Shown here: in pieces, positions 47,939 through 59,387 of the stretch | How the letters are laid out: every line of letters begins with the position of its first letter | Position numbering within the stretch: the first letter of the stretch is position 1 | Assembly: GCA_040954595.2 (NCBI GenBank) | Contig: CM082590.2 | Location: 4,526,001 to 4,590,000, forward strand | Direction of reading: 5' to 3' | Origin: Balanoglossus misakiensis | Taxonomy: Eukaryota > Animalia > Hemichordata | Length of the DNA: 64,000 nucleotides | Notes under the pieces: generated by a model | What the model was told of the DNA's origin: nothing | Seen by the model: the letters and a program-made list of their open reading frames with translations, nothing else | The model's database searches: none | Program-made: the position numbers and the translations under genes

Positions 47939-50900
47939 CTATTGTTTACTTGCCAGCTCACGAAAGTGAGTTTCACAAACCCAAATGACACCTGTGCCAT
48001 ATGCTATTGGCTGAAGGCCTCCAAACTGTCCATCTTCATCAGCTTTACCGAGAAAGCGTTGGAAATCTCTGCGGTGTAGTGATGATTTCATCTTTTCTAA
48101 CTCCTCCATGGACTTTTGTAGTGGCTCACTGGATATATCATTCAATTCTGGATGCCTGCTTCCAAAATCATCCAAGAATTCTGACAGTAAGTTACCTGCT
48201 TTCCCAGCGATTGCTGGAACTGCTTTTGCTGCTGCAGCAGCAGTACCGGTTGGATCTGGAATAAACTTCAACAAACCACCTGCTGCCTCGATGAACTTCA
48301 GAATTCTACAGATATGTGGGCCATACTTCTTGAGAAACCCATTCACATTTCTAACTCGATAGCCCGGGGAATCAATGAAATGCAACTGTTGTGGGTTTTC
48401 ACAAAGCAAGTGGACAGCATAACCATCAGAGAAGTGGGAAAACACATACTGTGTCAGTTGTCCCACAACTGATAGGCTGCCTGTGTTAACCGACAGCATA
48501 ACAAAGTGACTTGGGCACAACAAGTCTCTGGACGTGTCAAGTTTAGACTGGGTAGACTCTAGTCTTTCTACACCACGCCACCGTAGTAGGTCTAATCTGC
48601 TGTCAAATGTGTGACTCTGGAATGTGGGGATGGAGCACATTAGACTGTTTCCTAACTGTTCCATGTTCCCAATCTCAGGTTCACGCTGAACAATACAGTG
48701 TGGGCATGATAGTGACTCTGGTACCTTCATATCAACATTCATGTACTGAGGGGTGTTGAGAACATCCTTCATGATGCCTTGGAGTTGTTGCAGGAGGCAA
48801 CAAGTCTGTGGTCCCCTAACACTGACAAGGATACTGTTGCTATGGTAAAGCAACTCAAAACGCACATGGTGCCCGGCATCGACGCTTTCATCAAAATTAC
48901 CTGACCTGACACATTCATCACATGGTTCCAACCTTACATTGCAAAGAAACACAATGTTATTTCGTGTGTATGTGGGGTGAATTGGTTTCGGAAAGGTGGC
49001 ACTGCTGTTCACTGCTACTATTAGATCACAGAAAAAAAGCGGAGGTAGAAACCCAAATCGAAAATGGTGACTAGCCTGTCTGTCTTTGGGATACGGGTAC
49101 CACGCATTCTGTGATGGCTGGCCAACAGGTAACTTACAAGGAAACAGGTAACCCTTCTTAGAGTCCACTGATGTTTGCTCTTCGCCAAATGCAAAACAAA
49201 TACGCAATGATGTAAAGACATCTAAAAGTGAGCCACGATATTCACTTTCGATGTCTGCCCAGGCTTTTACCATGTTCTCCATTGACAGTATGCCATTGTT
49301 ATCAATGAATTCCCCAGACCCATCTTCCCTTGCATAAGATATCAGTGTCTTCAATTTATTAGCCAGCCAATGAGGATTGAGCACTACGAGCACTTGCAGA
49401 CCATTGTCACCAATAGTAGATCTAGATGGATCAACCACTATGTCACCCTGACTACACAGAAAACTGGTTGCATTATCTAATGCCACACCCTTTTCAATTC
49501 CAATGTTACCAGCAATCTCCTGGTATTCCTTGAAGGTCATTACTGGGTGTGGACGTTTCAGTTGTTCTGATTTTAAGTTCTCTCGCAAGAGATTCCACTT
49601 TTCGGGGATTTCTGGGTTTGTTGATTCCAAAAGAATATCACAAACCTTTGTTAGTGCATTTTGCAACTGTACAATGCTCTTATTCCCCCTGTAGAATATC
49701 CAATTTGGGAATTTTTCTGTGCTGCAAACCTCAAAATATCCAATAATATGTGGACAAGAAGTCAGAGCTCTTCCTTCTGAAGGAGGCATTTGACTTTCAT
49801 CAACCAATTCCTGATCACCATCAATACTCACATATCCACCTAATCCCTTAAACATACTCTTTCTTTTCAGCACATCTTGGTTCTGACACACTAAGCAATC
49901 TTTGCGCATATTTTGCCAGTAGTACTTGCGATGTGTGTCTCTCATTTCAACAAGTGTATTATGAACTGTCTGCCAAATCAAGTCAAGTACAGCCCTGTTT
50001 AACATTGGCGCATCAGCATGGGTACCTACCAGAATAACTGGCGAATTTGGAGCATATGCAAACACGGTCTGCAACCACAATTTCACTCTCCCCATTTGAT
50101 GTGAAGATGACACCTTGTTCGTTGTTGAACTAATGGCAAATTTGCTGAGGTCAAAGGTGACCAAAAAGACACTGTCATCTGTAATAAACAGTGAATGTGA
50201 TTCCAGAAAATCTACATCCCCAGCAAAATCAAACACGGTCAACTTTATATCTCTCTCTTTGAGATTTATTTCCGAGATGTCTATGCCATCAGTTTTCTGC
50301 ACGTCTGATAATTCACCCTTCAATGCTTGCACTAGAGTTGTTTTTCCTACACGTTCATGACCAACGAGAACTACCTTGACATTCCTGTTAGGCAACGTCT
50401 TTGTGTTCAGAAATTCCTTCAGATAAGACAAGACAGCTTCCTTACCACCCCTTAAAATATCACGTGGTATGTTAATGGATGGATTTCCTTCTATGCTGAT
50501 GTATCTACAATCAACAAGTTTGCTCAACGATGGTGGTATTCTCTTAATTGAATTGTTACTCACATCCAATGTTGATAAACCAGGAATTGAACCGATGTCC
50601 TCCTGCAGATCAGTCAAACCATTGTTATTTAAGAACAACTGTTTAACACTCCCACAGGCTACGTGTAATTTGTTTACTTTCATATTGTCTGCTTGAGGAG
50701 ATCTTTTCATTTGGAGGGTACAGTAACTTACATTCAGTATTTCAAATGACCCAGGATGTTGGATAGACCATGGTACAGGGATGTTAGTATCAATGCAGGT
50801 GAAATACCTAGCTGAGGGCAAAAGCCAACCAGCCACTTTCTCGGGATCAAAAGACTTAACACTGATTAAAGTGAGACTTTCCGATACCTTTATGTTTCTT

Positions 50901-51208
50901 ATCGCCTTGATGTCGACATTACATAACACTAATGAACTTAATTCTCTAGTCTTCATAAGTACATCTAACCTTGATAACGCTTTGCTGTCACCAACTACAA
51001 TTGCCTTTACTTTCTCGCCACTGTTGTAAACGGCTCTCAACTTCTCACCCAAAGTGTCATCTGACAAGTCGAGGACTTCATGCGTCAAATCGGAATTTTC
51101 AAATGTGATTAGTTCCATCTTTCCAGCTTTGAGTAACGCTTTCTGGAAAAAAGACCACAATCGATAAATCCCTTCAGTATCTAACACATAAAGAACAGTA
51201 CACGACAC
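47939..51208 (-). CDS. Single long exon encoding LRR-Roc-COR plus C-terminal domain (ROCO family)
   Basis: 1089-codon ORF. LRRs (LFLNNNGLTDL, LDVSNNSIKRIP, ISIEGNP), Roc (VKVVLVGHERVGKTTL, TDGIDI, DFAG, VGTHAD), COR (IPEKW, LNPHWL, YLFPCKLP, FLPPLFF, CPHC) and a C-terminal HLLCE..PGY..FGGL..WVCETH. The true 5' boundary is probably a splice acceptor at 51142 or 51180. Confidence 0.95.
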   Translation of the reverse strand: MSCTVLYVLDTEGIYRLWSFFQKALLKAGKMELITFENSDLTHEVLDLSDDTLGEKLRAVYNSGEKVKAIVVGDSKALSRLDVLMKTRELSSLVLCNVDIKAIRNIKVSESLTLISVKSFDPEKVAGWLLPSARYFTCIDTNIPVPWSIQHPGSFEILNVSYCTLQMKRSPQADNMKVNKLHVACGSVKQLFLNNNGLTDLQEDIGSIPGLSTLDVSNNSIKRIPPSLSKLVDCRYISIEGNPSINIPRDILRGGKEAVLSYLKEFLNTKTLPNRNVKVVLVGHERVGKTTLVQALKGELSDVQKTDGIDISEINLKERDIKLTVFDFAGDVDFLESHSLFITDDSVFLVTFDLSKFAISSTTNKVSSSHQMGRVKLWLQTVFAYAPNSPVILVGTHADAPMLNRAVLDLIWQTVHNTLVEMRDTHRKYYWQNMRKDCLVCQNQDVLKRKSMFKGLGGYVSIDGDQELVDESQMPPSEGRALTSCPHIIGYFEVCSTEKFPNWIFYRGNKSIVQLQNALTKVCDILLESTNPEIPEKWNLLRENLKSEQLKRPHPVMTFKEYQEIAGNIGIEKGVALDNATSFLCSQGDIVVDPSRSTIGDNGLQVLVVLNPHWLANKLKTLISYAREDGSGEFIDNNGILSMENMVKAWADIESEYRGSLLDVFTSLRICFAFGEEQTSVDSKKGYLFPCKLPVGQPSQNAWYPYPKDRQASHHFRFGFLPPLFFCDLIVAVNSSATFPKPIHPTYTRNNIVFLCNVRLEPCDECVRSGNFDESVDAGHHVRFELLYHSNSILVSVRGPQTCCLLQQLQGIMKDVLNTPQYMNVDMKVPESLSCPHCIVQREPEIGNMEQLGNSLMCSIPTFQSHTFDSRLDLLRWRGVERLESTQSKLDTSRDLLCPSHFVMLSVNTGSLSVVGQLTQYVFSHFSDGYAVHLLCENPQQLHFIDSPGYRVRNVNGFLKKYGPHICRILKFIEAAGGLLKFIPDPTGTAAAAAKAVPAIAGKAGNLLSEFLDDFGSRHPELNDISSEPLQKSMEELEKMKSSLHRRDFQRFLGKADEDGQFGGLQPIAYGTGVIWVCETHFRELASKQ

Positions 51209-54200
51209 ATTGATGATTCATTAATACGTTCTTCGCGGAGTAAATAAGACGTAGTTTCTCTTTCTGGATACGTGTACTCGTGCAATCATTCTTTTGTCTG
51301 AAAAAAGAACGCATTCTATGAATCCAGTACAAAAACGACAGTTTGTACATACGATACATCAATTCATTTGTTAACATGTATGATTCAGACAGTCTTGTTA
51401 GACTCTTAAACAGTTACTATTCTTTAATTCACTTTATTTATTCCGTTGTTCTTCTGTAGTTTCTCTTTCTGGATAGGTGGACTAATAATCTTTCATGCAT
51501 AATGTGCATGCCCTATGCTCATTCATATGATATTGCTAGATTCTGATTGCCATACATATACCGCGACAATTGCTATTACTTCTTTACAGGGTACTGTGAT
51601 GAACTAAGATGTAGTCCCACTTTGTAGGTTTCTGCACTAACATTGTTGCATGTATTAGGTGTGAAAATCTAAATTCCTATATCTTACATGATACATGATG
51701 CTATAAGTAGGTTCATATTGCCATACTAGTACTGCAGAATTTTTTTCTGTGTGTGGAGATGTGGGGAAATTGTACTCATAGCATATCAACAGTACTGATA
51801 TATAAAATGGGAATTCACCTTGGTTGATAGTGATACACGGGAATATGACAGCAATGTCAACAGCATTGTCCCCTTTTTGTATAGCTATAGGTTGAAAGAA
51901 GAATACACATAGTTTATGATATATATCAATGTCTGAACCTCTTCTTTTGATAGTTATATAATTATATTTTTCATCTCAGGAAAGATGTGAACAAACCTAG
52001 CATAAATGTGTCTAAACATTTACAAGGAATTACCAATCCCTCAGAAGTGTGTTGACACAAATCGATCATTGCAGTGTATGAGTTAAGCATCAGAAAATCT
52101 GCATGGCCTGCTTTATTCTGCTTCATTCTGTTCGCGTGTGATTAATTGTACATTTGCTGTAAACAAAAGAGATATTATCGGATAAACAATGAAACATTAA
52201 CCATAATACTTTATATTTCATATTGTTTTATTTTTCTGAGACGTGTTGGCGGGACAGACTAAGCATCTTTTGGGTTTCTGTGTCTGAAATGTTGAAACTG
52301 ATGATGTGTTATGCATGTAATGAGAAGCGACCGTGCAAGTTGTGAGCGGCATTTTTATCCAGAGTAGGCTTTTTGAGCTTATTTAATTCCATTCAAGTTC
52401 CCAGCCTGTGAAGAAGCTTTAACTCCGACATTAGAACGTCTGTTGTACCAAGCATCATTTACTCAATGTGCGTTTACAAGCAATTACAAGGATTTGCGGT
52501 GATGTTCTGTCTTTGACCAAGTGTTTTGATCAAGGATATAACAAAACCACCACCATGTCTGGACTTGATAGATACATACCTTGAACTTTTCCACTGCGAA
52601 ATCCAAAGGGGTTCTGCCATCCTAAAATATAAGAAGCCATATAATAGTGTTTATCGCTTGTTTTTTTCTTGTTTGTCTGTCAGACCTACAGAAATGTTTA
52701 TCTGGACAGCTTGAAGTCGGTCAGTATGCAAGAGATTACCTTTAATGTTATAATACAAGAGGTATGAATAGAAGGCACAAAAACAAACAGTGCTTATGAA
52801 TTATAAGCACTGTTCGTTGTAAACTAGTCTTTCGCCTGCCAAAGCTCGCAAAATATTGTCTGTGTATGAATGCACTGGAAAGTAAAATGGCCGTGAGAGC
52901 GACCAACGTAACACCATGTTGCTTCTTGTCACAGTCTGGTTTATGTTTGTTAAAGCTGTAATAAAAGGATCATTCCCCACTGGCCAAAACTGTACACATG
53001 GTTTGAATGTCGAAGGCTATGTTGTCTACAACTTCAACGCCATTGAATGAAAACAAAACAAGAATAATTTCCACAAAGTCAGCCAGCATGTTGGGGAGCC
53101 AGAATAATCTTATGAACTCTCCCGGCAGATAACCATCCACCTGAAGTACCTGATAATATCAATCGAAAACTTGGTGATAAACGTAGGAACTTCGCGGATG
53201 TACGCGAAAAATTCAGGAATGACACACAATTCTTGCCTACGTGCGAAACTTAAACAGGAAGAGTCAGTTGTGTCCACAATGCAAATTATAAAGTCCCCCG
53301 GACCGCCATATTTTAAGCGAATTTCAGGCGAAATCGGGTGTACGGTGGTCACCGATTCCACTAAATGACAATAAATCACCAAACAAAACTATGTTTCAAC
53401 TCTCTTCGGAAACACATGGCCGACGACTGTTAATATATGAAATATACAACAAATGTAACGGATAGCCTCACACTTCACTGTGTAAAGCGCGCCAGGGATC
53501 TACTTCAGCGACTACATATAATACTCAGACGTCCATTCTACCTGACTTCACCGCTAGTGGCGCCCTGCAACAGCCACTTTTACTTTGGCGTCAGTCACTT
53601 GGAAGTGAAGTAATGCAGTTTTCATCAAGTCTTAATTGTTTTTAGGTCCCATTGGTTTATACCATGGGACCTTATGGGATCGGTTGTGTCTGTATGTATG
53701 TATGTATGTTTGTATGTCCGTCCACATCAAAAACTTGAAAACCGCTGTTTGGTGTGTAGATGCAGGTCAGGCTGTAGATGGGAGTTTGTTCAAATGAAGT
53801 TGCCATTGCCAAAAATATGCAAATTAGCTGGGAAAATGTGAAATTGGTCAAAACTCAAAAACTCAACAACCACTGGTCAGATTGATTTGAAAATTGGTAT
53901 GCATGTACCTTATGTCTACCTCAAACAATCCTGTATGTTTTGAGCTAATATTATCGATTTCCTATTTTTTATGCATTTTCTTTTGTATTTTTCCATGTTA
54001 TTGGTAAAAAGTCTTCATTTCTGAAAGTGATTGGCCTTCTTCTTTGAAGTTTGGTATGAAGCTTCCTTAAGGTTGTCTGAGTAACCATAGTTTAGTTCCA
54101 ATTGAGGCAAAATTTGCATATTTGTAATTTTGAGCAATTTTTTCCATTTTTGGTCATTTTTTTTCTTTAAAACTGCATGCCAGATTGCTTTGCAATTTGG

Positions 54201-57200
54201 TAGGCATGTTCGTAGGGGTAACCTAAGTAATATGTTGTAAAAAAATGTGATATTTGCATAAATGTGTTATCGGGGAAACTTTTGCAATTTTTGTCAAAAA
54301 TTGTTTTCTCTGAAACCGCTTGTCAGAAAAATAGCATTGAACTTTGGCAGGCATGTTCCTTGTAGTGATTGATGTAAGATATTGTAAAATTTTGGTGATA
54401 TTTGCATATTTGTGTTTTTGCCACTTTTGAACAAATATTTTCTGTAAAACTGCTTGTTGGATTGCTTTGGAATTTGTTTTTGTTTCTCTGATTGCTTTGA
54501 AATTTAGGATGTAATTTCATAACACATACATGTATATGTGCAACTTTTATTCAATTCTGATATCAGAAATATTCAAAATTTAGCGAGTGTTTGTACAGAC
54601 AATTTTTGGTCAATTTTTTTCCTAGCACCACTTGTAAGACTGCCATGACACATGACAGTTTCTTGGGAATGTTCCTTGTTAATTTTTTTTACATCCCATA
54701 TTTCTTTATGGTAAGATCATATCTGCTTGCAATGTCACCTGTAATTTTTATTCTGGTGTGTCACTGTTTCCGCATAATCCTCAAATGGGACCACAGTGTC
54801 CTTGACGCTATTTTTTAAAAAGCGTTTGTAGTATCCATTGAATGGAACTGAAATCCCATATGTCTGGTTCACTGAATTTAACAAAAAACATAAAGGGAAA
54901 ATTGTGGTCGCGCAAATAAGTGTGAAAGTGGATTTCACTAAACAAATTGAATTCGTCCTTCTAATAAACATAAGAAAGTTCCTTGTTGAATTTATGTGAA
55001 TAATCTGATTAAAATCAGGTGCAGAGTTAGGCGTTGTTTTTACCTGTGGTGATCATTTTGGCTGTTCTGTTCTCTGTCTTGGCCGTTCTCGGGTGGACGG
55101 CCCATATCCGAACAGAAAAGCCAAGAATAAGCCATAGTAAAGACACCGCCTAAATTTACATCCGATTTAACCAGATAGTTTTGTGACAATCTGAGACGGT
55201 CTCTAAGCTCATAATGGCACATAATGCATTGTGACACATGCAATCAATAGCTTCCTTCACAAATAAAGATATCGTCCAAATTGCAACTCTTCAGCCTGCA
55301 ATGACACAGATTCCACATATTCTTCGGGTCTCCACAAATGAAACATTTCAGCCAGGCCTTGTCACGACTCTGATATTCTCCCTGTATTCCCCCATAGACA
55401 AGCAGTATGTCCTTACTCTGGCATTGTTCTATGTCCATCGAGGTACAGTAACACTGCGCCAGTCATCTCCACACATGTGTGATTATTCACTCAAGTAATT
55501 TCTACAGCAAAGATATCCATCGAAGAGCCAGAGGAAATATATATTACAATCAATCAACTGCTGACCAACCCCAAAGATTCAAATCACACCTGAAGAATAC
55601 ACTTGTAATACAAACACCATAGACTAAAGAAATCCGCACTTTTCGTTTATAAGGGCAATCAACGACACTCTTTTCCATGACCATATTCACCTGAATTTCG
55701 GTCAACTTATGACGCGGGATTTTCTATCTCTATGTTGTGTCGCTTTGGGGGTTTTAATTTTTTTGTAAACAATTTCATTTTTAAGACATTTGCATCCATC
55801 TAGACTTGTCAACAACCGCGCCACAGACTGTTACTGGTCACAATATACAGATACTTGGACATTTCATCCAACACTATGTTCTTATTCGTTTCGGCTTCAA
55901 ATTTTTTTCTAACCTCAAATAGCTATAAGAGAAACACAAAGGAGGAAACAAGCTTTATTTCCTGACACATGTTTTCTATTTCAAATGCATTAAGCTTGTA
56001 TATAAAACACAGGAAAGGTTTGTGTTCTTCAATAAAGTCAAGGTCAAATCGTTTGCCGCTTCAGATTCGTTACCTGTGTGACTTGGTTGTACGTGTGAAA
56101 TGTTGAGTGAGGCAGTGCAAATACTTACGTAGTTCCTTCTATTGACATCGTATCCATCAGCTATCAACGATTGAATCCTTGCAACATCACCCTTCTCAAA
56201 GGCATCAATCAGATCCTATAACATTCAGTGAAACATACAATTGTTATTTTTTAAATAATCCTTTAAAAATAAAATTCTTCAGAATTTTAAGTGATCTTCG
56301 ATAATGAATAAACAAAATCACAAACACCATGAAGGTGACACCTAAACTGTTATATCACATTATGTAAACCATGTGCATCGATGATATGGTAATGTATTCT
56401 AATTACACATAAACGTATACGGCTTACACCAAAATATAGATACATGTACTGGAAAATGCCCGGATGAGCCCATGGACTCATGATACGGCAACAGTCTCAA
56501 GAAAATGGTGAAGAAATGAAATGAGAGTATCACCATGAACGTTTGAATGAATCTTTATTCAACCAGATATAATAAATAAATAAACAAATAATAAATAAAA
56601 TAAATAAATAAGTAAATACATAAATAAATAAGCAAACAGAGTCGAACATAAGGTAAGTGCTACACAATTGCAATTCGTCACAAATGTAAAACAAAAGAGT
56701 CTATATCTGGTTTGGACCATGGAAATAGTCCCGATGGACTAATCGAGTCCACGGCCCAGGAAACACAGTAATAAAATTACAAAATAATCACACAGTGTTG
56801 AGAAAAAGAAAACCTATATGACATAACAGAAAAGTTTTTACATATTTAATAAATATAATTTTAAAGCTCCTTGAAAGTTACATCTCAATTTTATTTGTTT
56901 GAGGTGATACGGTAATGAATTCCAGTGTTTGACTGCAGAAAAGACAATGTTATGTTGAGTAATACTAAGTCTAGCATTCGGTATTCGAAGATTGCCACAA
57001 CCAGATGATCGAGTAGAATAGGTATGGGTAAAGATTTCAAAATAGTTTGAGATGTTTGAACTGTGTGAGCAAGTTATTGTGTAGCTGTAGTAGTGTGTGG
57101 GTCGTGCGACAGCTTTGTATACCTGGTCGCTGATGTGCTTCCCAAGAAGCATTTTTGACTGTTTGATAGGGCTTGCATGATTTACATAAAAGAAACGTTA

Positions 57201-59236
57201 ACAAGTTTATGGTCAATTCCCTGTCCAGCTACTCTATTGTTATAGTCTACAGATTTGGGATGTCGTCCTGTTGGTCAGAACATGTAATCCACAACCGACG
57301 GTAAACAATGAACGTCACACCACGGCTGTCACTACACGGCCAAACGGATAACACTTGTTTCCGTTGTGATCAGCCACAAAGTCACGGTTGACGTAGACAA
57401 GCTGCTTTCTATCGGTTAGAATGTCTCATTTTTAAAGTAGTTAACCATATGCGCTTAGGGACTGGTCAGTTTCTTGGGCCTGTGGGGTGGATTCTATTTT
57501 GTGGATATCAAAAACTGACTGACCCGACTCCCTTATTGAACATAGAAAATGGGTGACCCCCGGTGACCCCCAATCACCCAATTCCAAAACAGGGTGACCT
57601 CTCCCATGACTCCATCCACCCCCCTTCCCCAGGCCGAAGAAACTGACCAGTCCCTTATTTCGAGATTGATATGCCATTATTCTTTGGAGTTGTGGATAAT
57701 TCATGCACGCGCACAATATCCCTTCACGGGGAAAATGTAATTTTTGTGTGAGTTTTGATCGCGAATAATAATACATAGTGCAGACATTGCTGAAAGGAAA
57801 CCATTCCATCGGTGAAATTCTGATCACAAAATACTGGAATTCCAACAAAACGAAAACAATGAACGACATTCCAGGATAACGACGACCGGCCCATAATGCA
57901 TTACAGAGCACAAGATGTCTGACTTGTAAATTTGAACAGATGAAGAACTTGCTGGTGTATAACACCCCCCCCCCCCCGTCTTGTACATGAATGCACAAGA
58001 CAATAAATCACACTGAAATGTGCTAGTACCTCAATAATTTTGTTTGCAGACAGCTGTTTATTAGCAATACAAGAATCGGTGCATGGTGTACCTTAATCTT
58101 ACGTTGAATTGGGATTAAAGCGTTCATTAGCAACTTCTTCACTATGGTATATTAGTGTCACGAGTTTTGGAACAATCATTCTGTGATGAAAATATTGTTT
58201 ATTGTCAGTAGATATCACAATCTCATGTTTACACACGCACCGATTTAATTTCATTTCTTTTGGGTTACAACAAATATGTCTTCTTGGAGAGAGAGTCGGT
58301 GTATAAACGTCGAGGGGATAAAATATCCATTGCTTTTTGTTCTTCCAAACTTAAGCGAGGGGTTTGGGGTCAAACGAAAACATTTGCATTTGACATGCCT
58401 CACTCACTTTATGCTTTATTTTCGTGAATTTACAATCAAAGTTCGATTGGTTCATTTTAAAAAGCTTACTCGTGGGTATGCACACATGTATCATCAACCT
58501 GTCGTGTCGTCTGACGGCAAAGGATACGGAGAAGATTGAGTCAGCTCATGCGGAATTAATAATTATCCACGACCCCTTATGACCAACACCATGCCTGCGT
58601 CACCTTGAATGAACTCATTTCGGGTCAAAGGTTATAATTTGATTTGGCGTCAATCTGACTGCCCCATATATAGACACATTGCCGGAATAGTTACAAAGTA
58701 ACACAGACATGGATTTCAATGGGTGTTTTATCTAAAGCTAGAACTCGCTCATAAAATTGTGTTTACTTAGGACTTGCTCAACCGGTAAAATTATTTTTGA
58801 AAAATATCGTTCAATGGAGACTTGGACTTGTGAATGGAAAACATTGTGATTAGTGTGACTTTTTTGTCAACTGGGTAATTGTTTATTTATGAATGCACTA
58901 TCTAGCAATACACACAGACACTAGAAGTTTCTATATTTTCCGTGTGTCGGGCAAGCTGACCCGTTGAAACATAAAAAACATATTAGGCACCGACTAGCGC
59001 CACAAGTCTTAACGAAACAGCCATATGTTTTGTGACCAAAATGTCTGGTTAAATTTACGTGCATGGGGTTGAAGGGAGAAATTTTGAACAACAGTCCTCA
59101 GTCCAAAAAAACAAACAAAATATAAACCACTCATAAACCACGTCACTGCCAGACATCGTTGCCTTTGGTGTGAAATGTCGGTTGCTACAGTTAAGAGTTC
59201 ACTTACCTCTGGATCCTTATATCCTCCAGAAGCCAT
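47939..59236 (-). CDS. Gene B (proposed chimeric model): ankyrin-LRR-Roc-COR ROCO protein, ~1120 aa; exons 59207-59236, 56129-56215, 52580-52621, (optional 51819-51884), 47939-51142
   Basis: All junctions are phase 0 and GT-AG. The exon 2/3 join gives a canonical ankyrin hairpin (GYDVNRRNY|DGRTPLDFA). A pyrimidine-rich acceptor tcttttttccag precedes 51142 in frame with the long ORF. The path between 52580 and the long exon is uncertain, since an alternative phase-1 acceptor exists at 51180. Confidence 0.55.
51819..51884 (-). CDS. Possible 66-nt mini-exon of gene B (phase 0: LYKKGTMLLTLLSYSRVSLSTK; phase 1: IQKGDNAVDIAVIFPCITINQ)
   Basis: Pyrimidine tract plus tag acceptor, AAG|gtgaat donor; two reading frames are open. 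Confidence 0.35.
52580..52621 (-). CDS. Ankyrin C-cap mini-exon (DGRTPLDFAVEKFK)
   Basis: 42 nt, ttttag acceptor, AAG|gtatgt donor, phase 0-0. Has the GxTPLD motif seen in gene A exon 7. Confidence 0.7.
53641..54815 (+). mobile_element. HINE-like element, same termini in the opposite orientation, with a different core
   Basis: tttaggtcccattgg..ccatgggacc plus (TGTA)n at the left end; aatgggaccacagtgtccttgacgctattttt at the right end. Confidence 0.78.
56129..56215 (-). CDS. Gene B exon 2, ankyrin repeat (DLIDAFEKGDVARIQSLIADGYDVNRRNY), paralog of gene A exon 2
   Basis: 87 nt, phase 0-0, intact splice sites; the flanks align with the regions around 21365-21463. Confidence 0.85.
56548..57053 (-). 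mobile_element. 5'-truncated LINE (L2/CR1-like) in gene B intron 1
   Basis: C-terminus of ORF2 (HTYSTR..FSAVKHWNSLPYHLK..FQGALKLYL), an AATAAA plus ATTC tail and a GTTTGAA TSD. Absent in gene A at ~25440. Confidence 0.8.
57458..57654. mobile_element. MITE, PIF/Harbinger-like
   Basis: TTA-GGGACTGGTCAGTTTCTT ... AAGAAACTGACCAGTCCC-TTA. Confidence 0.78.
59207..59236 (-). CDS. Gene B coding exon 1 (MASGGYKDPE), paralog of gene A exon 1
   Basis: ATG and GAG|gtaagt donor; the flanks align with 27300-27900. Confidence 0.75.
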
Positions 59237-59375
59237 GGTTACGTCATTGACATTGTGGTGGAATACTTTAAGAATCTGGATCAGTAGCACCGCTTTAAAG
59301 TTGAACAAGTCAGCTTCGTAAATGTTCTATAATGGCGTCGTCGCCTACCTGGTCAGGTGATGTTGACAACAAGTT

Positions 59376-59387
59376 GGGGAAAACCCC
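59376..59387. promoter_or_regulatory. kB-like site GGGGAAAACCCC about 140 bp upstream of the gene B ATG
   Basis: The minus strand GGGGTTTTCC fits GGGRNWYYCC. This is a motif match only. Confidence 0.4.

Noticed and set aside
53550-53567. CTCF-like motifs (also ~42760-42775)
   Set aside because: Each is one base short of the usual consensus spacing; a single motif match cannot be supported.
57441-57998. 185-aa minus-strand ORF in gene B intron 1
   Set aside because: It runs through a MITE and is broken in the paralogous intron (26035..26251); it has no domain signature.
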